From an uncultured Verrucomicrobiota bacterium (GTDB lineage Bacteria > Verrucomicrobiota > Kiritimatiellia > RFP12 > UBA1067): 64,000 nucleotides of DNA. The position numbers and the translations under genes are program-made. The notes under the pieces are model-generated. The model saw only the letters and a list, made by a program, of their open reading frames with translations. It did not search any database and was not told the DNA's origin. The stretch lies in contig CAMNBZ010000001.1 in assembly GCA_946533675.1 (NCBI GenBank), positions 64,224-128,223 on the forward strand. Direction: 5' to 3'. This document shows positions 19,295-25,946 of the stretch, in pieces (position 1 is the stretch's first letter; the number at the start of each line of letters is the position of its first letter).

Positions 19295-19492
19295 CTATGA
19301 CCGAGCTACCGGAATATAGCTGTAGACTGTGCGATCCATACGCGGAAACGAAGAGCCGTCGTGTGCCGCCGACCACAAGTCGCCGATCAATTTTGTCGCG
19401 ACCGCAAGGCGCTCGGAGTCATCAAGAGCCAGAGCCCAGGAATAGTCTTCCTTCTCGTCTTCCATTCTCAGCACTCTCACGGTCTTCGTCAT
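19295..19492 (-). CDS. small hypothetical protein (65 aa), ATGA-coupled to the upstream 57-aa ORF
   Basis: MTKTVRVLRMEDEKEDYSWALALDDSERLAVATKLIGDLW. ATG 19490-19492 verified. Confidence 0.4.
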   Translation of the reverse strand: MTKTVRVLRMEDEKEDYSWALALDDSERLAVATKLIGDLWSAAHDGSSFPRMDRTVYSYIPVARS

Positions 19493-19662
19493 TTCCTGCA
19501 GCCCTCCAGTATCTCTACGTCAGCCAGGTCTTTTGCACGACCCGAAGCCTTCTTGTTGGCTATCAGATCCTCAAGCGAGATCAGCCGAACAGGAATGCCG
19601 TCTGTATTATACCATATCCGACCTTGGAACTTCAACCACGTCGACGCCCCTACCGGCGCCAT
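19489..19662 (-). pseudogene. 57-aa ORF resembling only the C-terminal end of a nucleotidyltransferase-type (MNT/antitoxin-like) protein
   Basis: Manual translation gives MAPVGASTWLKFQGRIWYNTDGIPVRLISLEDLIANKKASGRAKDLADVEILEGCRK*. The ...SLEDLI..K.ASGR.KD..D...L tail motif is present and the N-terminus lies inside repeat R3. Confidence 0.35.
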
Positions 19663-19738
19663 ATTCTTCTTAATCCTGTCAATCCTGTCTAAAATCTACG
19701 CGGGCGGCGCGTTGAGGACAACGCGCGCGAAGCGGGCT
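19647..19738. repeat. about 90-bp direct repeat R3, right copy
   Basis: cccctaccggcgccatattcttcttaatcctgtcaatcctgtctaaaatctacgcgggcggcgcgttgaggacaacgcgc. Confidence 0.85.
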
Positions 19739-19753
19739 TTGCACACTGCTTTT

Positions 19754-19860
19754 CGTGAACACGCGTATTCAGTTTCGCGGACATGCGTATTCAGTTTCGT
19801 GAACATGCGTGTTCACGATTGCGGATATGCATATTCACGATTGCGGACATGCGTGTAAAA
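19754..19860. repeat. iteron-like array: 5 tandem units of 22 bp with core G(A/G)ACATGCGT(A/G)TTCA
   Basis: Units start at 19754, 19776, 19798, 19821 and 19843. GAACATGCGTGTTC is near-palindromic. Confidence 0.85.
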
Positions 19861-19955
19861 ATCTACAGATCAGCCTCGGTAGAAACCCTGATCTGACAAA
19901 TGCGTAGTCATTGACGATAAGATCAGAGGCGTCCGCCAGTTCCCTGGCCTTTGCT

Positions 19956-20228
19956 TCAGGCATACGACACCTCGACTTTCTTGATTGGCGAAAGAAATTT
20001 CTGGACGTCCATGCACAAGTTCTGCAAGATCGGGATAAGATCGATATATTCCTCTTCCGCGCGCCCGTTATAGCGCGCCACGACTTCCAGATACCCGTTG
20101 TCCCACTTGTTGACTTTCTCGTACCGATCCAGGCGCGGCGATGTCGCAAAGCGTATGACATCCGTGCCATACGTGAATGACGTATAGTTTCCTTTGCTGG
20201 AAAGCGTCGCTATGCCGTCGACATTCAT
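19956..20228 (-). CDS. hypothetical protein (90 aa from ATG; the track ORF starts at ATT 20294)
   Basis: MNVDGIATLSSKGNYTSFTYGTDVIRFATSPRLDRYEKVNKWDNGYLEVVARYNGRAEEEYIDL... has protein-like composition. A TGGTATAAT promoter lies at 20265-20273 just upstream. Confidence 0.45.
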   Translation of the reverse strand: MNVDGIATLSSKGNYTSFTYGTDVIRFATSPRLDRYEKVNKWDNGYLEVVARYNGRAEEEYIDLIPILQNLCMDVQKFLSPIKKVEVSYA

Positions 20229-20264
20229 GAAAGCCTTGCTCGCGATACGTTTTTTAATATCCGT

Positions 20265-20273
20265 ATTATACCA
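20265..20273 (-). promoter_or_regulatory. extended -10 element TGGTATAAT
   Basis: Reverse complement of ccgtattatacca, about 35 nt upstream of ATG 20228. Confidence 0.4.
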
Positions 20274-20448
20274 TTTACGGTGTCGCGCAGTCAATGACCG
20301 ACACGCGGCGGAATCCGTCTAGAATACGTCCCCGTGGTTTGCAAAAACGCTCCGCGCCCGTCGAGTATGCAGGCAGACTCGACCCAAGACCCATCCCGTG
20401 GGCGCCGACAGGTGATGAACTTCCGCACATAACCTGATGTAGGAGGGA

Positions 20449-20463
20449 ATAATATATCAATTG
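20449..20463 (-). promoter_or_regulatory. extended -10 motif ATTGATATATTAT
   Basis: Member of the TGATATAMTAT motif family seen before other operons in this window. Confidence 0.3.
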
Positions 20464-20629
20464 GTTCGCAGGCAAGAAATTTGCGCAAACCCGTTTTGCG
20501 GCGTGCTGCGCAGAAAAAAGGTTCTGCGCAGCGCGTGTTTCTGCGTGTCCCGGCCCCGCCGCGCCACACGCGATTTTTCGGCGATCGCCCTTGATTCCGT
20601 TCAAATGATTTGATATATCGTTTCTCGTG

Positions 20630-20759
20630 CCCCGGCGAACCGCCGAAAAAGCAGCTCGCCCGCAGCGATAAGCATCCCGGCGAACCGCCGAAAACGCGAC
20701 TCGCCTGCAACGATTTGCACCCCGGCATCCCGCCGGAAAAGACGGCCGCGCCTAGGCAT
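20630..20759. repeat. 3 tandem units of about 45 bp (cccggcgaaccgccgaaaa..) abutting and overlapping the integrase stop
   Basis: Units 20630-20675, 20676-20720 and 20721-20759. The third is degenerate. Confidence 0.85.
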
Positions 20760-22050
20760 CGGCGAGAATCTGCTGCCGCAGCACGGTGAATTCGTCCGCG
20801 CTGATCAGGCCGCGCTTCTTCGCCTTTTCCAGCTCTCTGAGCCGCGCGCAGAGCATGGGCCGCCCGCCCGTCCGGCTCCGGCCCGCGCCTCCGCCCGCGC
20901 CCCCGCCCGCGCGCATCCCCGCCATCCCCGCCGTCCCCGCCCGCGCGCCGCCGCCGAGCGACGGAATCGCGGAGACGGCCTGGCGCAGCGCGTCCTCGCT
21001 CGGATGGTAGTAATGGCGCGTCATCGCCGTCGACGCATGACCGACGATCGACTGCACCGTCGCCAACGGCACGCCCGCGTTCACCGCGATGGACACGAAC
21101 GTGTGGCGCAGTGAGTGGAAGGTCGCCAGCGGCGTGCGCCGCTCGCGCCCCTCGAGGCGTACGCTCGTCTCGATGTTCGCCGCGCGGAAGATCCGTTCGA
21201 GCCGGCGGCTCACCCGCCACCGGTGCCGCGCGAAATCGCGCGCGATGGATTCCATCACGAATCCGCGGCGGTCCACGGGCCGCGTCTCGCCCAGCAGCGC
21301 CGCCAGCTCCGGATGCAGCGGGATGACGATGCTCCGCCCGGCAAAGTAGCGGCGCGTCTTGTGCGGGACGATCCGGATGACGGACGCGGCGAGGTTTACC
21401 GCCTCCCAGCCGAGGCGGCAGCAGTCGCCCAGCCGCATCCCCGTGTAGATCGCGAGCGAAAAGAGCATCCGCCAGTCCCGCCCGAAGCCGTCGGCCGCGG
21501 CCAGCAGCCGCCGCACCTCGTCCAGCGTCAGCTCGCGCCGCGTGCAGACGGGCCCCGCCTTCACCCGGATGCCGTCCCAGGGATTCTTCGCCGCGTCCCC
21601 GCCGCCCGCGAGCAGCGCGCGGAACATCTCCCGCAGGCAGCAGATCCGCAGCGCGCAGGTGATCGGGGCGTGCCCGCCCCGGAAGAACGCGAGATACTCC
21701 TCCGCCATCGCGCGCGACACGCCGACTGGCTCCGTGACGTCCGGATGCGCGCCGCTGAGCCAGACCGAGAAGTGCAGCCACGCCCTGTACTTCGCGGCCC
21801 GCGCGCGCGGGTCGAGGCGGACGGCGAACACCGACGCCTCGTAGCGCGGCCACGCCCGGAGCAGCGCCGCGCGCGCCCGCACCCGTCGGCAGCCGCAGTC
21901 CGCAATCACGACGAGCCGCCCGAGCGACGCCTCGGCCTCCGCCCGTATGCCCGTGCCGGTCGCGCGGCTGTAGGTCTTGCCGCCGACGCGCACGCGCGCC
22001 GTCCATGTTCCGTTCTTTTCCTGCTGGAGACTTCCTCTTGTTCGGGCCAT
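20752..22050 (-). CDS. int: tyrosine-type site-specific integrase
   Basis: HSLRHTFVSIAVNAGVPLATVQSIVGHASTAMTRHYYH (the HxxR...Y catalytic region). N-terminal MARTRGSLQQEKNGTWTARVRVGGKTY. ATG 22048-22050 has GAGGAA 8 nt upstream; the track start at 22068 is GTG. Confidence 0.9.
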   Translation of the reverse strand: MARTRGSLQQEKNGTWTARVRVGGKTYSRATGTGIRAEAEASLGRLVVIADCGCRRVRARAALLRAWPRYEASVFAVRLDPRARAAKYRAWLHFSVWLSGAHPDVTEPVGVSRAMAEEYLAFFRGGHAPITCALRICCLREMFRALLAGGGDAAKNPWDGIRVKAGPVCTRRELTLDEVRRLLAAADGFGRDWRMLFSLAIYTGMRLGDCCRLGWEAVNLAASVIRIVPHKTRRYFAGRSIVIPLHPELAALLGETRPVDRRGFVMESIARDFARHRWRVSRRLERIFRAANIETSVRLEGRERRTPLATFHSLRHTFVSIAVNAGVPLATVQSIVGHASTAMTRHYYHPSEDALRQAVSAIPSLGGGARAGTAGMAGMRAGGGAGGGAGRSRTGGRPMLCARLRELEKAKKRGLISADEFTVLRQQILADA

Positions 22051-22090
22051 TTTATGATTCCTCGGCACAGCGGGTCGTGGGGATTTCGGG

Positions 22091-22125
22091 AAAAAAGAAA
22101 ACTCCCAGAACTTTCATTCTGAGAG
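22091..22125 (-). terminator. rho-independent terminator after tRNA-Ser
   Basis: On the minus strand: CTCTCAGAA-TGAAAG-TTCTGGGAG followed by TTTTCTTTTTT. Confidence 0.6.
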
Positions 22126-22139
22126 CCTTGCGCCAGTAT

Positions 22140-22229
22140 TGGCGGAGGGGGGGGGATTCGAACCCCCGGTGGACTTGCGCCCACACAACCTTTCCAAGGT
22201 TGCACCATCGACCACTCGGACACCCCTCC
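22140..22229 (-). tRNA. tRNA-Ser (GGA)
   Basis: Reverse complement GGAGGGGTGTCCGAGTGGTCGA..CAACC-TTGGAAA-GGTTG..long variable arm..GGGGGTTCGAATCCCCCCCCTCCGCCA. Anticodon loop TTGGAAA; CCA encoded. Confidence 0.9.
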
Positions 22230-22256
22230 AGTCGCTTCTTCTTCGCCCGCCCGCGG

Positions 22257-22339
22257 TGCCAGGAGCGGGACTCGAACCCGCACATACTCTCGTATAGCAG
22301 ATTTTGAGTCTGCCGCGGCTGCCATTACGCCACCCTGGC
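22257..22339 (-). tRNA. tRNA-Leu (CAA)
   Basis: Reverse complement GCCAGGGTGGCGTAATGGCA..GCAGA-CTCAAAA-TCTGC..variable arm..GCGGGTTCGAGTCCCGCTCCTGGCA. No CCA encoded. Confidence 0.9.
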
Positions 22340-22350
22340 TCATCGGACCG

Positions 22351-22424
22351 TGGAGCGGGCGAAGGGAATCGAACCCTCGTAGCCAGCTTGGAAGGCTGGA
22401 GCTCTGCCATTGAGCTACGCCCGC
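22351..22424 (-). tRNA. tRNA-Gly (UCC)
   Basis: Reverse complement GCGGGCGTAGCTCAATGGCAGAGCTCCAGC-CTTCCAA-GCTGG..GAGGGTTCGATTCCCTTCGCCCGCTCCA. Confidence 0.9.
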
Positions 22425-22440
22425 TTCAGGACGAATGAGA

Positions 22441-22456
22441 GAAGTATATCATTTTT
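22441..22456 (-). promoter_or_regulatory. extended -10 promoter (AAAATGATATACTTC) for the tRNA-Gly/Leu/Ser operon
   Basis: TATACT lies about 17 nt upstream of the tRNA-Gly 5' end. Same motif family as other operon fronts. Confidence 0.5.
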
Positions 22457-22487
22457 TCACCGCACTTACAATGGGGCAAATGAAAGA

Positions 22488-22526
22488 GACAAAAAAAGAA
22501 GACCGCGCCGGAAGGCGCGGTCTTGC
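22488..22526 (-). terminator. rho-independent terminator after rpsU
   Basis: On the minus strand: AAGACCGCGCC-TTCC-GGCGCGGTCTT (11-bp perfect stem) followed by CTTTTTTTG. Confidence 0.8.
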
Positions 22527-22552
22527 TTCGGATGGTCAGAGGACCCGGCTGT

Positions 22553-22756
22553 TCAGTTCAGCTCCATGCGTCCGCGACGCGAACGGTTGCGGATGCGGGC
22601 GCGCTGCGATTTCTTGCGCGCCTTCACGCACGGCTTTTCGAAGTAGCGCTGGTCGCGGAGCGTCTTCAGAAGACCTTCCTTGTCCATGATCTTCTTCATG
22701 CGCTTGAGGCCGCGTTCGACCGATTCGCCCTTCTTGAGCTTCAGCACGATTGCCAT
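22553..22756 (-). CDS. rpsU: 30S ribosomal protein S21
   Basis: MAIVLKLKKGESVERGLKRMKKIMDKEGLLKTLRDQRYFEKPCVKARKK. Confidence 0.9.
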   Translation of the reverse strand: MAIVLKLKKGESVERGLKRMKKIMDKEGLLKTLRDQRYFEKPCVKARKKSQRARIRNRSRRGRMELN

Positions 22757-22757
22757 C

Positions 22758-23168
22758 TCACTTCACCTCCTTCGCTGGCTCTTCGGCAGCGGGCGCAGGC
22801 GCGGCGGCTTCGCCAGCCGTGACCCACTGCAGGATGCACATCTCCGCCGCGTCGCCCTTGCGGGTGCCGAGCTTGATGATGCGGGTGTAACCGCCCTTGC
22901 GATCCATCATCGCGGGGGCGATCGTCTCGAAGAGCTTCTGGACGGCCTTGGGCTGCGTGAGACGGCTGGCCGCGAGACGGCGCGCCGCGAGATCGCCCTT
23001 CTTGGCGATCGTGACGATCCGGTCCGCGTCCTTGCGCGCTTCCTTCGCCTTCGGCAGGGTCGTCTTGATCGACTCCGCGAGGATGAGGTTGGTGACGAGG
23101 CTCCGCATGAGCATCTTGCGATGCTCCGTCGAGCGCCCGAACTTCTTGACTACTCTCTGGTGACGCAT
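22758..23168 (-). CDS. rplQ: 50S ribosomal protein L17
   Basis: MRHQRVVKKFGRSTEHRKMLMRSLVTNLILAESIKTTLPKAKE..GGYTRIIKLGTRKGD. Confidence 0.95.
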   Translation of the reverse strand: MRHQRVVKKFGRSTEHRKMLMRSLVTNLILAESIKTTLPKAKEARKDADRIVTIAKKGDLAARRLAASRLTQPKAVQKLFETIAPAMMDRKGGYTRIIKLGTRKGDAAEMCILQWVTAGEAAAPAPAAEEPAKEVK

Positions 23169-23186
23169 GGTCTAAAACTCCAATTC

Positions 23187-24185
23187 TTACTTCTTGCTTT
23201 CCAGCAGGTCGGCGTCGAACTTGTAGCCGAGGCTGAGACCCAGCTGCACGAGCTTCGCCTTGATTTCGGTGAGCGACTTCTTGCCGAAGTTGCGGTACTT
23301 GAGCATGTCGGCCTCGGTCTTCGAGGCGAGCTCGCCCACGGTCGAGATGTTCGCGTTGTTGAGGCAGTTCGCCGCGCGCACGCTCAGCTCGATCTCGTTG
23401 ACGGACATGTTGAGCAGCTTGCGCAGACGCTCGCGCTCGTCGGCCGCCTTGGTGTCGGAATCCTCGAACTCGAGGTTGTCCTCGCCCGAGTAGTCCACGA
23501 ACACGTCGAGGTGGCGGCGCAGCACCGCCGCGGCGGTCTTGAGCGCCTCCTCGGGATCGATGCGGCCATCGGTCCAGACGTCCAGCACCAGCTTCTCGTA
23601 GTCGGTCCGCTGGCCGACGCGGGTGTTCTCCACGAGGAAGTTCACGCGCGTGACCGGCGAGAAGATCGAGTCGATCGCGATGCGGCCGATCTCCTGGTCC
23701 GGCTTCTTGTTGCCGTCCGCGAGGCAGAAGCCGCGGCCGGTGCGCACCTCGCACTCCATCTCCAGCTCGCCGTCGACGTCGAGCGTGCAGAGCTCCTGGC
23801 GGGGGTTCAGCACCTGGACGTTGTTGGCCTCCGCGAACATGCCGGCGGTCACCGTGCAGGGCCCCTTGGCCTTGAGGGTGATCGTCTGCGGCTCGCGCGT
23901 GTAGGTCTTCAGGAGCGTACGCTTCAGATTGAGGATGATGTCGGTGACATCCTCCGTGCAGCCCGGAATCGTCGAAAACTCGTGGTTCACGCCCTTGATC
24001 TTCACGGACGAGATCGCCGCGCCCTCGATCGAGGACAGAAGCACGCGGCGAAGCGAGTTGCCGATCGTCCGAGCATAACCGATCTCGAAAGGCTCCGCGA
24101 CGAAGCGGCAGTAGGTCGCGGTCTGCGTAGACTCGTCCTTCTGCACGCCCTTGGGCATTTCGAATCGGCTCAAACGGATAGGCAT
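23187..24185 (-). CDS. rpoA: DNA-directed RNA polymerase subunit alpha
   Basis: GYARTIGNSLRRVLLSSIEGAAI..; C-terminal domain ELSVRAANCLNNANISTVGEL. Confidence 0.95.
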   Translation of the reverse strand: MPIRLSRFEMPKGVQKDESTQTATYCRFVAEPFEIGYARTIGNSLRRVLLSSIEGAAISSVKIKGVNHEFSTIPGCTEDVTDIILNLKRTLLKTYTREPQTITLKAKGPCTVTAGMFAEANNVQVLNPRQELCTLDVDGELEMECEVRTGRGFCLADGNKKPDQEIGRIAIDSIFSPVTRVNFLVENTRVGQRTDYEKLVLDVWTDGRIDPEEALKTAAAVLRRHLDVFVDYSGEDNLEFEDSDTKAADERERLRKLLNMSVNEIELSVRAANCLNNANISTVGELASKTEADMLKYRNFGKKSLTEIKAKLVQLGLSLGYKFDADLLESKK

Positions 24186-24236
24186 AGTTTGTCTCCAGTT
24201 AAAGTTAGGTTGTAAGCGGTTTCCCGCGTACGCGGA

Positions 24237-24845
24237 TTACCGCGAGAAGAATTCGACGATCGGCTGAACGTCGATGTTCTCGGGGATCTCGGAGCGGAGC
24301 GGCACGCTGACAATCGAACCCTGCATCGTCCCGTCGTCCCAGGTCAGCCAGTTGACGAGCGCGCGGCGGTTCTTCAGCGCGTCGAGGATCGCCACCTTGT
24401 CGCGGGACTTCTCCTTGACGGAGACGACCTGGCCAGGACGCACGATGTAGCTCGGCACGTTGCAGATCTTGCCGTCCACGGTCACGTGGCGGTGCGTCAC
24501 GAGCTGGCGGGCGCCGGCGCGTGTCGGGGAGAGGCCCAGGCGGAACGCGATGTTGTCGAGGCGGCACTCGCACAGCGCGAGGAACGCATCGCCCTTCGTG
24601 TAGCCCTCGGAGACCTTCGCGCGCTCGAAGAACAGACGGAACTGCTTCTCGCGCATGCCGTAGATCGCCTTCGCCTTCTGCTTGGCGGCGAGCTGCTGGC
24701 CGTATTCGGAAACTTTCTTGCGGCGCTTGTTCGCCCCGTGCTGCCCCGGAGGGTTGGGACGCTTTTCGAGAACCTTGTCAGGGCCGAAAATCGGCTCGCC
24801 GAAACGACGCGCAATCTTGCTGCGCGGACCTGTGAAGTGACCCAT
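24237..24845 (-). CDS. rpsD: 30S ribosomal protein S4
   Basis: MGHFTGPRSKIARRFGEPIF..SEYGQQLAAKQKAKAIYG..RLDNIAFRLG. Confidence 0.95.
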   Translation of the reverse strand: MGHFTGPRSKIARRFGEPIFGPDKVLEKRPNPPGQHGANKRRKKVSEYGQQLAAKQKAKAIYGMREKQFRLFFERAKVSEGYTKGDAFLALCECRLDNIAFRLGLSPTRAGARQLVTHRHVTVDGKICNVPSYIVRPGQVVSVKEKSRDKVAILDALKNRRALVNWLTWDDGTMQGSIVSVPLRSEIPENIDVQPIVEFFSR

Positions 24846-24848
24846 TGC

Positions 24849-25301
24849 TTAAACCCTCCTGCGCTTGCGTGCACGGCAGCCGTTGTGCGGGACCGGCGTC
24901 GTGTCGGTGATCTGAGTGACCCGGATGCCCGCCGCCTGGATCGCGCGGACCGCGCTCTCGCGGCCGGCGCCGGCGCCCTGCATGCGGACTTCGCACTCGT
25001 GCATGCCCTTCGCGACCGCCACGCGGGCCGCGTCCTGCGCGACCATCGTCGCCGCGAACGCCGTCGACTTGCGCGAACCCTTGAAGCCCGCCTTGCCGGC
25101 CGAGCTCCAGGAAATCACGCCGCCGCGCGCGTCGGCAATCGAGACCTGGGTGTTGTTGAAGGTGCTGCGGATGAAGGCGATGCCGGCGGGAATCGACTTG
25201 CCGGGCTTCTTCTTCGCGGCGACCTCGCCCTCGGCTCCCTGCGGAGCCTCGGCAGCCGCGGGGGCGGCCGGGGCGACTTCGTTCTTGATTTCTTCTGCCA
25301 T
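24849..25301 (-). CDS. rpsK: 30S ribosomal protein S11 (Ala/Pro-rich N-terminal extension)
   Basis: [60 protein letters not shown] 25299-25301 lies 8 nt after AAGGAG; the track start at 25310 is GTG. Confidence 0.95.
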   Translation of the reverse strand: MAEEIKNEVAPAAPAAAEAPQGAEGEVAAKKKPGKSIPAGIAFIRSTFNNTQVSIADARGGVISWSSAGKAGFKGSRKSTAFAATMVAQDAARVAVAKGMHECEVRMQGAGAGRESAVRAIQAAGIRVTQITDTTPVPHNGCRARKRRRV

Positions 25302-25313
25302 ATCTTTCACTCC

Positions 25314-25694
25314 TTAGCGGCCGGCCTGCTTGGGCATCGCGATCGACACGCGCTTGCCGCCCTTGCGGGTCCGGGCGTTGGTCTTGGTGCGCTGGCCGCG
25401 GACGGGCAGGCCCTTCTTGTGACGGAGTCCACGGTAGGAACCGATGGAAATCAGACGGCGGATGTTCTGGGACACTTCGCGGCGGAGGTCGCCCTCGACG
25501 CGGTAGTGATCCTGGATGTACGTCGTGATCGCGTGGATCTCGTCCTGCGTGACGTCGTCCGCCTTCTTCATCGGATCGACATTCGTTGCCGCCAAAACGT
25601 CATCAGCGCGCTTCGGCCCGATACCGTGGATATAGCGCAGCGCGAAGCGAATGTGCTTCTTGCCCGGGATATCCACACCCATCATTCTTGGCAT
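25314..25694 (-). CDS. rpsM: 30S ribosomal protein S13
   Basis: MPRMMGVDIPGKKHIRFALRYIHGIGPKRA..SYRGLRHKKGLPVRGQRTKTNART. Confidence 0.95.
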   Translation of the reverse strand: MPRMMGVDIPGKKHIRFALRYIHGIGPKRADDVLAATNVDPMKKADDVTQDEIHAITTYIQDHYRVEGDLRREVSQNIRRLISIGSYRGLRHKKGLPVRGQRTKTNARTRKGGKRVSIAMPKQAGR

Positions 25695-25712
25695 GTTGTG
25701 TTACCTTCTTTC

Positions 25713-25826
25713 TTAGCCCTGGCGCTGCTTGTGGCGCGGGTTGGTGCAGATCACGCGCACGATCCCCTTGCGGCGGATAATGCGGCAGTTCTCGCAGATG
25801 CGACGAACGGAACTACGTACTTTCAT
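25713..25826 (-). CDS. rpmJ: 50S ribosomal protein L36
   Basis: Manual translation gives [37 protein letters not shown] (37 aa, below the track cut-off). Confidence 0.9.
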   Translation of the reverse strand: MKVRSSVRRICENCRIIRRKGIVRVICTNPRHKQRQG

Positions 25827-25864
25827 TGTTATGTTGACTCTTTAGAGTGGTCGAATGAGGGAAT

Positions 25865-25894
25865 ATTATATCATATTTCGCACCTGAGGCGCAA
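25865..25894 (-). promoter_or_regulatory. sigma70-type promoter for the rpmJ operon (-35 TTGCGC, 18-nt spacer, TG-extended -10 TATAAT)
   Basis: On the minus strand: TTGCGCctcaggtgcgaaatatgaTATAAT, about 35 nt upstream of the rpmJ ATG. Confidence 0.55.
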
Positions 25895-25946
25895 TAGGGT
25901 AAATTAATGAATTTTTCAGCCCGGTGAACGGGGCTTTTCGGCCCGC

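Noticed and set aside
20498-20530. 9-bp hairpin gctgcgcaga-aaaaaagg-ttctgcgcagc, considered as a terminator.
   Set aside because: The A/T run is in the loop and not 3' of the stem on either strand, and no gene end is adjacent. It remains unassigned.
18942-20759. Possible CRISPR array, considering the 23-bp, 22-bp and 45-bp repeat clusters.
   Set aside because: The units are contiguous tandem repeats with no unique spacers of CRISPR size, and there are no cas genes in the window.
20291-22006. 571-aa minus-strand ORF overlapping the integrase in another frame and extending through 20.3-20.75 kb.
   Set aside because: It is Arg/Gly/Ala-rich with no motifs, and its tail merely translates the 45-bp tandem repeats. 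The integrase frame (20752..22050) has the catalytic HxxR...Y region.
22069-22139. Looked for an att-type direct repeat of the tRNA-Ser 3' end elsewhere in the window, especially at 14.25-14.35 and 18.9-19.2 kb.
   Set aside because: No convincing copy of ggattcgaacccccggtgg was seen by eye. The far island border is probably left of position 1. A BLASTN check is needed.
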